This document shows, in pieces, positions 1 through 10,574 of a DNA stretch of 64,000 bases (its first letter is position 1; every line of letters starts with the position of its first letter). A program made the translations under genes and the position numbers. Below the pieces are notes generated by a model. That model did not search any database. It had not been told where the DNA came from and saw only the letters and a list, made by a program, of their open reading frames with translations. The stretch covers positions 14,878 to 78,877 of the forward strand of contig CAYIXI010000001.1 in the NCBI GenBank assembly GCA_964367235.1. Direction: 5' to 3'. The stretch is from an uncultured Chitinophagaceae bacterium. Lineage in GTDB: Bacteria; Bacteroidota; Ignavibacteria; UBA10030; UBA8401.

Positions 1-2
1 TT

Positions 3-2132
3 TTGCGACAAGAAGAATTTGAATTGAAATCTTTATGCGAAAGAAAAAAAAATAGAAGAGATTTTTTAAAAGGTTTAGTTGAAACTCACGATGGAGTAAG
101 CGAAGGGGCGAAATATTTATTAACTGAAAATCAGATGCAGTCGACAATTTTAAATTCGGTTGCAGAAATAATTTCGGTTAGCGATGAATTTAGAAATGCG
201 GTTGAATTGTCGCTTGGCGAAATATCGGGATATCTTGTTGTGGAAAATATTTCTACTGCACATCGCGGAATTGAAATGTTGAGAAAATCGGAAAAAGGAA
301 AAGCAACATTTATTTGTTTGGATAGAATTCCGCAAATAGAAAATGTAAGTTTGCCCAAAAGCGCAACGAAAGCAAAATTTATAAAAGATATAATCTCATT
401 CGATAAAAAATTCAGTTCTCTCGTAAATTATATTTTTCAAAATTTAATTTTAGTTGATTCACTTGCAGAGGCAATTTCAATTACAAATGAAAATCCCAAT
501 TTTGCATGCGTAACGATTCATGGTGATTTAGTTTCGCGAGGTGGAATTGTTAAAGGTGGAAAAGATGATGGTTCAAGCGCAAGTATTATCGGAAAGAAAA
601 ATCAAATTGATAAATTAGAAAGCGAAATAAAAGATTTAGAAAATGAAATAAGTAGTTTGCTTGATAAAAGAAAAAATGTTGATCAAAACATCGGAGAAAT
701 AAATCTTGTTGCGTTAAAAGAAGAATCGAAACAAGTTGAGCAAAAGATGACTGTTGCTGAAATGCGAATTGCGCAAATAGAATATGAAAAAAGAAGATTG
801 GAAGAGGGAGTAGAAAGAAATATAAATGAAGTAATAAAATTAAAAAACGAACTAACAATTTTAGATAAAACATTAATCGAAATAACGCCAAAGATTTCAA
901 AACTTGAAGAGGATAAATCACTCTGCGAACAAAACTCTGGCGCCGCAAGGAATGAATTAGACAGAACTGAAGTTAATGTTAGCGAAATGAATAAAATTGT
1001 CAATGCCGCTCATGTTGATTTGGTTCAAAAAGAAAATAGTAAAAATAATTTGCAACGCGAAGTTGAATATGTTGAAAGTACAATTTTAAATATCGAGCAA
1101 ACAGTTGCACAAAGAATTAGTGAAATTGATAAATCGCATGAAGAAATAAAACTACTTGAGCAAAAATTATTTAAAACAAATTCCCAAATAGATTTATTTT
1201 CAAACGAACAAAAAATAAAATCCGATGAGAAAAATATTTTCGATAAAAGCGTTTCGGAAAAAAGAAAAACAGTTCACTCAATTGAGTTGAGAATAAAGGA
1301 CGAACGCAGATTGCACGAAACTTCGCTTACAAAAGCGCACGGTTTGGAGATAAAATTATCCGAACTCCGAACTCGCGCTGAGTCTTTAAAAATTAGTGCG
1401 AAGGAAGAATTTGAAATTGATCTTATTGTGAAAGAATATTCTGTTGAGCCAATTTATAATTTTGAAATTGCACGAGATGAAATTCATCAGAAAAAAGAAA
1501 AGTTGCGTGCACTTGGCGCAGTAAATTTTACAGCGTTTGATGAATACAATTCTGAAAAAGAACGACTTGATTTTATGACTGCGCAAAGAAATGATTTGAT
1601 TGAATCTGAAACAACTTTGCTCGAAACTATTGCGGAAATAAATTTAACTGCGCAAAAAAGATTTATGGGAACATTTTCTTTAATAAGAGAAAATTTTGTT
1701 TCAATTTTTAAAGAACTTTTTGATGAGGGAGATGAATGCGATTTAATTTTGGAAGAAGATGTTGATCCACTTGAAGCGCACATTGAAATAATTGCAAAGC
1801 CAAGAGGTAAGCGACCAACTTCAATTGATTTGCTTTCGGGAGGAGAAAAAACCTTAACAGCAATCGCACTACTTTTTGCAATTTATTTAGTTAAGCCAAG
1901 TCCATTTTGTATTCTTGATGAAGTTGATGCGCCACTTGATGATTCAAACATTGATCGCTTCAGCAGAATTATTAGGAAGTTTAGTTCGAACACACAATTT
2001 ATTATTGTAACTCATAACAAGCGAACGATGGAATCCACCAACGCAATGTATGGCGTAACAATGGAAGAAGAGGGCGTTTCAAAATTAGTTTCAGTTCGCT
2101 TTAACGAACAAACTGCGGCGCAATTAAGTTGA
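3..2132 (+). CDS. smc: Chromosome segregation protein SMC, C-terminal portion (5' end lies outside window)
   Basis: Long coiled-coil (E/K/L-rich heptads) followed by the ABC signature LSGGEKTLTAIALLFAI and Walker B/D-loop ILDEVDAPLD; the ORF runs to the window edge. Confidence 0.9.
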   Translation: MRQEEFELKSLCERKKNRRDFLKGLVETHDGVSEGAKYLLTENQMQSTILNSVAEIISVSDEFRNAVELSLGEISGYLVVENISTAHRGIEMLRKSEKGKATFICLDRIPQIENVSLPKSATKAKFIKDIISFDKKFSSLVNYIFQNLILVDSLAEAISITNENPNFACVTIHGDLVSRGGIVKGGKDDGSSASIIGKKNQIDKLESEIKDLENEISSLLDKRKNVDQNIGEINLVALKEESKQVEQKMTVAEMRIAQIEYEKRRLEEGVERNINEVIKLKNELTILDKTLIEITPKISKLEEDKSLCEQNSGAARNELDRTEVNVSEMNKIVNAAHVDLVQKENSKNNLQREVEYVESTILNIEQTVAQRISEIDKSHEEIKLLEQKLFKTNSQIDLFSNEQKIKSDEKNIFDKSVSEKRKTVHSIELRIKDERRLHETSLTKAHGLEIKLSELRTRAESLKISAKEEFEIDLIVKEYSVEPIYNFEIARDEIHQKKEKLRALGAVNFTAFDEYNSEKERLDFMTAQRNDLIESETTLLETIAEINLTAQKRFMGTFSLIRENFVSIFKELFDEGDECDLILEEDVDPLEAHIEIIAKPRGKRPTSIDLLSGGEKTLTAIALLFAIYLVKPSPFCILDEVDAPLDDSNIDRFSRIIRKFSSNTQFIIVTHNKRTMESTNAMYGVTMEEEGVSKLVSVRFNEQTAAQLS

Positions 2133-2851
2133 TGAATAATTTATCCTACATAGTATTTTCAGATTTTGATGGCACGATTACTTTAAATGATGTCGGAGAT
2201 AAACTATTTCAAAATTTTGGCGAGAAAGAAAAGATGATTGATCTTTTCAATAAATATGCAACCGGTGAAATATCAGAAATAAAATGTTGGGAGGATAGTT
2301 GCGAATTAATTTCCGGCTTGACGCAGGAAAAATTTAATGAGTTTGTATTGAATCAAAAAATCGATGAAAAATTTCATCACTTTTATAAATTTTGTATTGA
2401 GAAAAATATCCCATTAAATATTTTGAGTGGTGGATTTGATAAATATATTGAATTGATTTTAAAGCGCGAAGAGTTACCAATCAAATTTTATTCAAACGAA
2501 CTCGAATTTTTAAATGGTGGAAAAATCGAACCGAGTTTTCCTTTTTCAAACGATAGTTGCCCAAACTGCGCAAATTGCAAGAGAAATCATATCATTTCTA
2601 TGGCAAGTGATGAGCAAATAATTGTTTATATCGGCAATGGGCAATCGGATAAATGTCCAGTAAAATTTGCGGATATCGTTTTTGCAAAAGGAAGTTTGGT
2701 AAAATATTGCGAAAAAGAAAATATAATTTTTCATCGCTTTGATGATTTTGGCGATTTGCTTAAGAGATTTGAAAAAATTGTAAATAATTCGAAACCGAAA
2801 AAAAAACGAACAGCGGAACTTTTACGCCGCGAAGTAATTATGATGGAGTAA
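2132..2851 (+). CDS. HAD-superfamily phosphatase (subfamily IB / MtnX-like)
   Basis: N-terminal DxDGT motif (FSDFDGTIT). ATG overlaps the SMC stop (TGATG). The track start 2129 is TTG; ATG 2132 is in frame. Confidence 0.55.
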   Translation: MNNLSYIVFSDFDGTITLNDVGDKLFQNFGEKEKMIDLFNKYATGEISEIKCWEDSCELISGLTQEKFNEFVLNQKIDEKFHHFYKFCIEKNIPLNILSGGFDKYIELILKREELPIKFYSNELEFLNGGKIEPSFPFSNDSCPNCANCKRNHIISMASDEQIIVYIGNGQSDKCPVKFADIVFAKGSLVKYCEKENIIFHRFDDFGDLLKRFEKIVNNSKPKKKRTAELLRREVIMME

Positions 2852-2852
2852 T

Positions 2853-3434
2853 ATGGATTTAAAACAAAAATTATTTGAGATAAGAAGCTACACGCCAATT
2901 CCATTTATTTTGATTGCAATTATTTTTGCTGAACCAACTTTCGAAACTCTTTCGATTGGATTTGCAATTGCAATTATTGGTGAGTCAATTAGATTTTGGG
3001 GCGTTTCAATTTGTGGAAGCGAAACACGAACTACAGGCGCAGTTGGTGCAACTAATTTAGTTACCGATGGACCTTTTGGTTTTGTTCGCAATCCACTTTA
3101 TGTGGGAAATATTTTAATGTATGTTGGTTGCTCGTTTATGTCGAACTCAATTTATCCTTGGTTACAGATTACAACTGCAATATATTTTATTTTTCAATAT
3201 CACATAATTGTTCTAAAAGAAGAAGAATATTTGCGTAAAGTATTTAAAGAAGAATATTCTAATTACGAAAAAAATGTTCCGAGATTTTTTCCAAGATTAA
3301 CAAAATATATTGGCAATCATTCGTTTCACCGAAAAGCAGATTTGTCTCGAGGACTAAAATCGGAATTGCGAACGCTACAATCTTTTATTTTAATCAGCGC
3401 AATAATGTTGTATCAATATTTTAAAAATCTGTAA
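2853..3434 (+). CDS. Isoprenylcysteine carboxyl methyltransferase (ICMT/PEMT) family membrane methyltransferase
   Basis: Multi-TM N-terminus; C-terminal GPFGFVRNPLYVGNIL ... EEEYLRKVFKEEYSNYEKNVPRFFP signature of the ICMT/phospholipid methyltransferase family. Confidence 0.7.
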   Translation: MDLKQKLFEIRSYTPIPFILIAIIFAEPTFETLSIGFAIAIIGESIRFWGVSICGSETRTTGAVGATNLVTDGPFGFVRNPLYVGNILMYVGCSFMSNSIYPWLQITTAIYFIFQYHIIVLKEEEYLRKVFKEEYSNYEKNVPRFFPRLTKYIGNHSFHRKADLSRGLKSELRTLQSFILISAIMLYQYFKNL

Positions 3435-3435
3435 A

Positions 3436-4554
3436 ATGAAAAAATTAATGATAATTGCCGGCGAAGCATCTGGCGATTTACATGGCGCAGGTGTTGTCAA
3501 AGAATTAAAAAAAATAGATTCGAATCTTGAAATTTTTGGTGTCGGTGGAGATTTAATGAAAGCAAGCGGAATGGAATTAATTTCTCATTGCGAAGATTTA
3601 TCGGTAATGGGATTTCGTGAAGTTATAACACATTTGCCAAAAATATTTAAAATTGAAAAAATATTAAAAGAAGAACTTATCAAACGGAAACCTGAGAAAA
3701 TATTATTAATAGATTATCCCGGATTTAATTTGAGATTCGCAAAATTCGCCAAGGAACAAGGGGTAAAAGTACTCTATTATATTAGCCCGCAAATATGGGC
3801 TTGGAAAAGCAAGAGAATAAAAATAATTAAAGAGCGAGTTGATAAAATGTTTGTCGTTTTTCCTTTTGAAAAAAAAATATACGAAAAGGAAAATATTCCA
3901 TTTGAGTTTGTCGGTCATCCATTAGTTGAAGAATTAAAAATCAATCAAACAAAAAAAGATTTTATCAAAAATCATAATTTGAAATCGAAAAAGATTTTGG
4001 CGCTACTTCCAGGAAGCAGAAAGCAGGAAATCGATCAGATATTTCCGATACTTTTAGAAACTGCTCGTGGATTAAAAAAACAAATTGAGATTGATGTTTT
4101 GGTTGCAGTAGCACCACATTGCAAAATTGGAATTTATAAAAAACATATTTCAAAAAATGATGATGTGAAATTTATTTTTAATCAAACTTATGAGGTAATT
4201 AAATTTGCAGACGCCGCGCTTGTAACAAGCGGAACTGCAACTCTTGAAACTGCACTTTTGGAAACTCCGTTTGCACTTGTTTACAAAACTTCGTGGTTCA
4301 CTTATTTTGTTGGAAAATATTTTGTAAAAATAAATAATATTGGTTTAGTAAATATTGTTGCGGGCAGAACTATTGTGCCAGAATTTATTCAGCATAATTT
4401 AAAAGCAAGCCGGTTAGTTTCATTTGTAAAAAATTTACTTGAAGAAAAATCGTACAGCGATTTGATGAAAACAGAACTTTCTTCGATTAAAGAATTACTT
4501 GGTTCAAGTGGTGCATCAAAAAAAGTTGCTGAAGGAATTGTTTCACTAAACTAA
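3436..4554 (+). CDS. lpxB: Lipid-A-disaccharide synthase
   Basis: N-terminus MKKLMIIAGEASGDLHGAGVVKELK typical of LpxB; length 372 aa; clustered with lpxK. Confidence 0.9.
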   Translation: MKKLMIIAGEASGDLHGAGVVKELKKIDSNLEIFGVGGDLMKASGMELISHCEDLSVMGFREVITHLPKIFKIEKILKEELIKRKPEKILLIDYPGFNLRFAKFAKEQGVKVLYYISPQIWAWKSKRIKIIKERVDKMFVVFPFEKKIYEKENIPFEFVGHPLVEELKINQTKKDFIKNHNLKSKKILALLPGSRKQEIDQIFPILLETARGLKKQIEIDVLVAVAPHCKIGIYKKHISKNDDVKFIFNQTYEVIKFADAALVTSGTATLETALLETPFALVYKTSWFTYFVGKYFVKINNIGLVNIVAGRTIVPEFIQHNLKASRLVSFVKNLLEEKSYSDLMKTELSSIKELLGSSGASKKVAEGIVSLN

Positions 4555-4560
4555 AAACCA

Positions 4561-5211
4561 ATGGCGACAGTTTTACAAAAGTTCGGAAAAATATTATCGT
4601 ATCCTTTTTTAAATTCGCTTTGTTCAACACTGAGAGTTGAAAAAATAAACGCTGATGAATATGAGAAGAAAAGAAAAAATTCTGAAAAATATATTCTTGC
4701 ATTTTGGCATGGCACAATGCTCGGGGTTTGGTATTTGGAACGACCAAAAAAAAATGAAAAAATTGCAACTTTTGCCAGCCGAAGCCCGGATGGTGAAATG
4801 ATTGTAGGCTCGATGTTTAAATGGGGATATGAGATTGTGCGTGGCTCAAGCAGAGATGGCTCGATGAATGTGAGAAAAGAAATTTCTGAAAAAATTGAAA
4901 ATGATTATTCTATTTTTATTGTACCAGATGGACCTGTGGGACCGTATCATCAAATTAAATTTGGCGCAATCAGGTTTGCACAAAAACATAGAATGCCACT
5001 GTTTTTAGTTGGTGTTGGTTATGAGAAAAAAAAAATTTTCAAAAGTTGGGACAAGTTTGAATTGCCGAAGTATTTCTCAAAATGTTATTTTAATTTTAGT
5101 AACGCAATTTATGTTGATGAGAATTTAAAAGATTTAGAATCGGAAAGAAAAAAAATAGAAAACCAAATGCACCAATTGCAAATTGAAGCAAATAATTTAG
5201 TAACAGTATGA
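4561..5211 (+). CDS. DUF374 domain protein (lipid A/Kdo-associated, acyltransferase-like fold)
   Basis: FWHGTMLG ... RSPDGEMIV ... RGSSRDG motifs typical of DUF374; sits between lpxB and lpxK. Confidence 0.6.
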   Translation: MATVLQKFGKILSYPFLNSLCSTLRVEKINADEYEKKRKNSEKYILAFWHGTMLGVWYLERPKKNEKIATFASRSPDGEMIVGSMFKWGYEIVRGSSRDGSMNVRKEISEKIENDYSIFIVPDGPVGPYHQIKFGAIRFAQKHRMPLFLVGVGYEKKKIFKSWDKFELPKYFSKCYFNFSNAIYVDENLKDLESERKKIENQMHQLQIEANNLVTV

Positions 5212-6260
5212 TTTCACAAAGACCAAATAAATTTCTTTTACCGCTTTCGTGGCTTTATGAAATTGTAATAACATTGCGTAATTGGTTTTATGATTACGGA
5301 ATTTTCACAATTCATAAATTTGATGCTACAATAATTTCAGTTGGAAATATTACAGTCGGTGGAACTGGCAAAACTCCGATAATAGAATTTATTGCGAAAT
5401 ACTTGTTATCGAAAAATAAAAAAGTTGCAGTTGTAAGCCGTGGTTATAAAAGAAAATCTTCGGGACAAGTTGTTGTTTCGAATGGAAAAAAAATTCTTGT
5501 TGACTCAAATATTTCTGGTGATGAGTCGATGCAAATGGCAAAAAATAATTCTAATCTAGTTGTGATTGTCGATGAAAAGCGCTACCGCGGAGTTGAAACT
5601 GCGAAATATAATTACAATTGCGATTACATTTTGCTTGACGATGGTTTTCAGCATCGAGCTGTGGAAAGAAATTGTAATTTGGTTTTAATTGATGGAACAA
5701 AATCGATTGATGAAATGAATTTAATACCAGCAGGTGAGGCGCGCGAAAAGTTTTCTTCTTTTAAAAGAAGTGATGCAATTATAATTACTAAATGTCAGTC
5801 GCTGAGCGAAAAAACTTTTGTGATTGATAAAATAAGAGAAGTCTCGACATCTCCGATATTTACGACAAAGGAAAATATTATTAGTTTTTACAATTTGACA
5901 AAAAATAAATTTCAAAACATAAATAGATTGAAAAATAAAAGCATTATTGCGTTTTGCGGAATTGCAAATCCTGAGTACTTCAAAGCAAATCTTGAGGATA
6001 TTGAGATTTCAGTTTTAAAATTGATTTCATTTAACGACCATCATTTTTATCAAAAAGATGATTTGAAATATATTTTAAAAAGTTTGCAAGAATGCAATGT
6101 CAAATATGTAATTACAACAGAAAAAGATGCTGTTAAATTACCGAAAGAATTTATACAAAAAATTAGCGAAGTCGCAGAAATATTTTATGCAAGTTATGAA
6201 GTGAAAATTAGAGAAGAAAAAGAATTCAAAATATTTTTAAATAAATATGTCAACAATTAA
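5208..6260 (+). CDS. lpxK: Tetraacyldisaccharide 4'-kinase
   Basis: P-loop VGNITVGGTGKTP and overall LpxK length/organisation; start overlaps the DUF374 stop. Confidence 0.85.
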   Translation: MISQRPNKFLLPLSWLYEIVITLRNWFYDYGIFTIHKFDATIISVGNITVGGTGKTPIIEFIAKYLLSKNKKVAVVSRGYKRKSSGQVVVSNGKKILVDSNISGDESMQMAKNNSNLVVIVDEKRYRGVETAKYNYNCDYILLDDGFQHRAVERNCNLVLIDGTKSIDEMNLIPAGEAREKFSSFKRSDAIIITKCQSLSEKTFVIDKIREVSTSPIFTTKENIISFYNLTKNKFQNINRLKNKSIIAFCGIANPEYFKANLEDIEISVLKLISFNDHHFYQKDDLKYILKSLQECNVKYVITTEKDAVKLPKEFIQKISEVAEIFYASYEVKIREEKEFKIFLNKYVNN

Positions 6261-6954
6261 AATTGCGCTTGCCAATAATAATGGCACCGAGCATATATTA
6301 AAATTATATCAAGATTGGATTAGAAAAGACGATCGAGTGATTGAAAATATTATTTCTATGAATGATGCTGATGCATTTGAAATTTTAGAAAATATGGACG
6401 GATTGATTTTAACTGGCGGGAGTGATGTCTCTCAAGAATTTTACAAATCTGAAAAACCAAATTTAATTGGTCGTGTTGATTTAGAAAGAGATAATTTTGA
6501 AAAACGATTGCTCGATATTGCTTTTAAAAAAGAGATGCCAATACTTGGCATCTGCCGTGGAATGCAATTTGTAAATACATATTTGGGTGGTTCGTTGTAC
6601 GAAGATTTAGAAAGTTACAATTTTAAAAATCATAGAAGTTCTGATCATCAAATTAAAATTGTGGAAGATTCACTTCTATTTAATATTGCAAATCAAAATA
6701 TTGGAAATATAAACTCGCATCATCATCAAGCAGTAAGAAATTTAGCCGAGGAATTACGCGCGAGTAGTTTTTCCGATGATGGAGTTGTTGAATCGGCTGA
6801 ATGGAAAAATTACAAACAAAAACAATTTATGATTTTAGTCCAGTGGCATCCGGAAAAAATGATTGATGATTCAAATCCGATGTCAAAAAATATCAGAGAA
6901 AATTTTATTAACGCTGCAGAATTTTATTCACAAAAAATAAATAACAAGAAATGA
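6247..6954 (+). CDS. Class-I glutamine amidotransferase / peptidase C26 (gamma-glutamyl hydrolase-like)
   Basis: Catalytic triad context ILGICRGMQFVN ... HHQAV ... WHPE. Confidence 0.7.
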   Translation: MSTIKIALANNNGTEHILKLYQDWIRKDDRVIENIISMNDADAFEILENMDGLILTGGSDVSQEFYKSEKPNLIGRVDLERDNFEKRLLDIAFKKEMPILGICRGMQFVNTYLGGSLYEDLESYNFKNHRSSDHQIKIVEDSLLFNIANQNIGNINSHHHQAVRNLAEELRASSFSDDGVVESAEWKNYKQKQFMILVQWHPEKMIDDSNPMSKNIRENFINAAEFYSQKINNKK

Positions 6955-6961
6955 GGGTGGT

Positions 6962-7999
6962 ATGAAATTAATCGACTTCAAATATCCGATTCCGCGCAAT
7001 TTGATTGCAAAAAAACCTACTAATCCGCGCGACAAAGCGCGCTTATTAGTTGTAGATAGAAAAACTGAAAAAATTGAGGATTGTCTTTTTTCAGATATTT
7101 ACGATTTTTTTGAAAAAGGAGATTCGTTAATCGTAAACGAAACAAAGGTTTTTCCTGCAAGATTAATCGGACGAAAGGAAAAAACAAATGCAAAAATTGA
7201 AGTTTTAATGCTTCGCGAACTTAACAAAGAAGATAATATTTGGGATGTTATTGTTGAGCCTGCAAGAAAAGTGCGAATCGGAAATAAAATTTATTTTGGA
7301 GATGGTTCGCTTATGTGCGAGGTTATTGATAATACAACATCGCGTGGCAGAACAATGAAGTTTGAAGTTAAAGGAGATATTTTTGCCGCAGTAGAAAAAG
7401 TTGGCATCACTCCGCTTCCTCCTTACATTCGTCGCGAAGCAACTGAAAAAGATAAAAATTTATATCAAACTATTTATGCAAAAAATATTGGAGCTGTTGC
7501 CGCGCCAACTGCAGGATTGCATTTTACAAAACCTCTTTTAAATAAAATTATAAAAAAAGGAGTAAAGGTTTCGCCCGTTACACTTCACATTGGGATTGGA
7601 ACTTTTCGAAATGTTGAGGTTGAGGATTTATCAAAACATAAAATGGATTCTGAGTATTATAGCGTTCCGATGAGTTCAGTTCATGATGTAAATAAGTCAA
7701 TTGACAATAGACATAAATTATATGTAGTTGGCACAAGCACTTGTCGAGCAATTGAGTCGAGTGTTACTATTGATGGACATTTGAAATCAACTCATGGTTG
7801 GACAGATAAATTTATTTTTCAACGAAATGAATTTAAAATCACACAAAAATTAATTACAAATTTTCACATGCCAGAAACAACTTTGTTGATGCTCGTTTCA
7901 GCGTTTGGCGGCCACGATTTAATTATGAAAGCTTATAAACATGCCATCAAAAAGAAATATAGATTTTACAGTTATGGCGACGCAATGATAATTGTTTAA
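6962..7999 (+). CDS. queA: S-adenosylmethionine:tRNA ribosyltransferase-isomerase
   Basis: MKLIDFKYPIPRNLIAKKPTNPRDKARLLVV ... canonical QueA N-terminus; 345 aa. Confidence 0.9.
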   Translation: MKLIDFKYPIPRNLIAKKPTNPRDKARLLVVDRKTEKIEDCLFSDIYDFFEKGDSLIVNETKVFPARLIGRKEKTNAKIEVLMLRELNKEDNIWDVIVEPARKVRIGNKIYFGDGSLMCEVIDNTTSRGRTMKFEVKGDIFAAVEKVGITPLPPYIRREATEKDKNLYQTIYAKNIGAVAAPTAGLHFTKPLLNKIIKKGVKVSPVTLHIGIGTFRNVEVEDLSKHKMDSEYYSVPMSSVHDVNKSIDNRHKLYVVGTSTCRAIESSVTIDGHLKSTHGWTDKFIFQRNEFKITQKLITNFHMPETTLLMLVSAFGGHDLIMKAYKHAIKKKYRFYSYGDAMIIV

Positions 8000-8008
8000 A
8001 GGATTAAA

Positions 8009-9880
8009 ATGATTTCCTTAAATACTTTTGTAATAATAATATTAAATGCAATTTTAATTTTTGCATTTGCTTCAATCATAAGAAAGAAAAATTTTCTCTC
8101 TTATTTTTCTGGCGGAAGATGGTGGCTAACTTGGCTCTCGATTGCAATTATTACATTGATGGATGAATTGACATCAATATTTTATGCGCCAAGCGAAGCG
8201 TTTCGTTTCATCGGAACAAACGCAATTGTTTTTATTGCGCTGACAAGTTTGGTTGTTCGTTTCATGTCAACAAGAATGGTTGAGATTGCCGAAATTTTAG
8301 AATTGCACGGAATTCGTGGTGGCGGAGTTTATTCGTTTTCATATTTTGTGCTTGGTCCAAGAACATCATTCATCGCATTTGCCTCTATTTTAGTCACTTA
8401 TGTTTTGACTGCGTGCCTTTCGACCGTAAGTGCCGTTGAAAATGGATTTGCTTTTATGGGAATAGGTAGCGAAATAAAATTTATTATTAGTTTGGTAATT
8501 ATTTGGTTTGTTGCAGGATTAAATATTATTGGTATTAGAGAAAATGCAAAATTTACATTTGGAATATTTATAGTTGCCGCATTTATTTTAATGAATCTTT
8601 TAACTGGAGGTATTTTACAACTTGATAGTGAGAATTTATCAAAAATAAATTTAAGTGCTACACAAGTTATTGGTTCTCTCTCATCTCAAAATATGATTGA
8701 AAATTTTGGTTTTATTATTATTGGAATTTCAAGTTGTATTTTGGCTTATTCTGGTATTGAATCAGTTGTGCAAACTGCTGGGCTTGTAAAATCGTGGCAA
8801 GAAATTCGCAAAGCATATATTTTTCTCGGAATAACTGTTGGAATATTTACACCGCTAATTGCAATAGTTGTATTTTCTTCTGATATAAATGTCCTTCATC
8901 ATGAAACTGATTTAATTGCACAATTTGCAAAAATGATTGGCGGACATTGGTTTGGAGTTACTATAAGCATACTTGCAAGTTTATTATTGATGATGGCAGT
9001 TAACACGGCTTATGTAGCTTCGGGCGAATTAATTGAACGCGTTGCGCATCGTTATAACTTTAATTGGATTCTTAAAACTAATCGTCGTCAATCTCATTAT
9101 CGAATTCACATTTTAAACGGAATATTTTATTCTGTTTTAATTTTAATTACAAGTGGAAGTCAAAAAACTCTTGCAGAAATGTATGCAATCGGTTTACTTG
9201 CTTCGTTTACAATTAACCTAGGCTCACTTTTAATTTTTAGATATTTCAAAGGAACAAAAGATGTATTAGCGTATCATACATCGAGAGTTGGTACTTTGAT
9301 TATTTTTATAATTTTCTTTTCTTCATTCATCTATTTAAGTTTTACAAAACCGTACGGAATGGCAATTTGGTCGATAGCAACATTATTTTTTCTTGTTGGT
9401 GGAATTTTAATTTCAAAAACCAGATCGCCAGAGAAAAAACATATTCAACAAACCGATTCAACTTTGAAAGTTGTTTTGTATCTTTCAGAAAGAGTTGAAG
9501 AAGAAGTACATATATTTTTCAGACGACCTGATGAAACTGAAGATATTGCGATAAACTCCAATTGTGTTTATGTAAGTCTATTTTCGCCTCGCTCGGGAAT
9601 CCCGGAAAAAATCTCTGCGAACCATTTTAGGATTGCAAATAATCGCAATACTATTTTTGAAGGAATGATGGAAATGTTGTATACTTTGGATTACGAACTT
9701 ACTGACAAAAAAATTGTAGTGCATTTTGGTTGGCCACTTTCGAGTTGGATTGACAGGCTTTCTACGGGTGTTATGGTTTTCAGTATTATGAAATTGCCAA
9801 AAACTTTCCCGCGATTGAATTTTTCAATTGACTATTTTGGAATAACAAAAATTATAAATGCACAGGAAGAAAAAAAATGA
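8009..9880 (+). CDS. APC-superfamily-like permease with about 180-aa C-terminal cytoplasmic domain
   Basis: About 12 predicted TM helices over the first 450 aa, then a soluble tail; family assignment tentative. Confidence 0.4.
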   Translation: MISLNTFVIIILNAILIFAFASIIRKKNFLSYFSGGRWWLTWLSIAIITLMDELTSIFYAPSEAFRFIGTNAIVFIALTSLVVRFMSTRMVEIAEILELHGIRGGGVYSFSYFVLGPRTSFIAFASILVTYVLTACLSTVSAVENGFAFMGIGSEIKFIISLVIIWFVAGLNIIGIRENAKFTFGIFIVAAFILMNLLTGGILQLDSENLSKINLSATQVIGSLSSQNMIENFGFIIIGISSCILAYSGIESVVQTAGLVKSWQEIRKAYIFLGITVGIFTPLIAIVVFSSDINVLHHETDLIAQFAKMIGGHWFGVTISILASLLLMMAVNTAYVASGELIERVAHRYNFNWILKTNRRQSHYRIHILNGIFYSVLILITSGSQKTLAEMYAIGLLASFTINLGSLLIFRYFKGTKDVLAYHTSRVGTLIIFIIFFSSFIYLSFTKPYGMAIWSIATLFFLVGGILISKTRSPEKKHIQQTDSTLKVVLYLSERVEEEVHIFFRRPDETEDIAINSNCVYVSLFSPRSGIPEKISANHFRIANNRNTIFEGMMEMLYTLDYELTDKKIVVHFGWPLSSWIDRLSTGVMVFSIMKLPKTFPRLNFSIDYFGITKIINAQEEKK

Positions 9881-10572
9881 GTGTAAGTGTAATAATTCCT
9901 GCGGCTGGTTCGGGTACTCGTTTGGGAGGTATGATTACAAAACAATTTATTGAATTAAAAGGTAAACCAATAATAGTTTATTCAATTGAAAAATTTGAAA
10001 AATCTCCAGAAGTTTCCGAAATAATTATTGTAACACAAAGAATTTATTTTAATGAAATTCGAAATCTTTGTAATAGATATCATTTGGCAAAAGTGAAAGA
10101 AATAATTGAAGGTGGTAAAACCCGACAAGACTCAGTTAGGAATGGTCTTGAAAAAGTGAACAAAAAATCAAAATTCATTTTAGTACACGATGCAGTGCGA
10201 CCATTTATTTCTACAAATTTAATCAGCGATGCAATCTCCACTGCAAAAAAAACAAAAGCTTCAGTTGTTGCTGTTGCGGCAAAAGATACAATTAAACTTT
10301 CGAACGAAAAAAATATAATTGAAAAAACATTTCCACGAGAAAAACTTTGGATTATTCAAACGCCACAAGTTTTTGAAGCAAAACTTTTAAATCGTGCTTA
10401 TCAAAATGCTTTCAAGAAAAATATTTTAGCAACGGATGATGCATCGCTTGTTGAAGCCATTGGCGTAAACCCACAAATTGTAGTTGGTGAATATGAAAAT
10501 ATTAAAATCACGACAAGAGAAGATTTAGAAATGGCTGAATTGATTTTAAATCGTAATTCATACGCGGAGTAA
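9877..10572 (+). CDS. ispD: 2-C-methyl-D-erythritol 4-phosphate cytidylyltransferase
   Basis: VIIPAAGSGTRLGG nucleotide-binding motif; 231 aa; ATGA overlap with the upstream gene. Confidence 0.85.
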   Translation: MSVSVIIPAAGSGTRLGGMITKQFIELKGKPIIVYSIEKFEKSPEVSEIIIVTQRIYFNEIRNLCNRYHLAKVKEIIEGGKTRQDSVRNGLEKVNKKSKFILVHDAVRPFISTNLISDAISTAKKTKASVVAVAAKDTIKLSNEKNIIEKTFPREKLWIIQTPQVFEAKLLNRAYQNAFKKNILATDDASLVEAIGVNPQIVVGEYENIKITTREDLEMAELILNRNSYAE

Positions 10573-10574
10573 AA

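Noticed and set aside
586-1783. Several antisense ORFs (586-948, 683-1003, 1386-1586, 1487-1783 on the - strand) inside smc
   Set aside because: Low-complexity F/L/S-rich translations of the complement of a K/E-rich coiled-coil gene; a typical AT-rich artefact.
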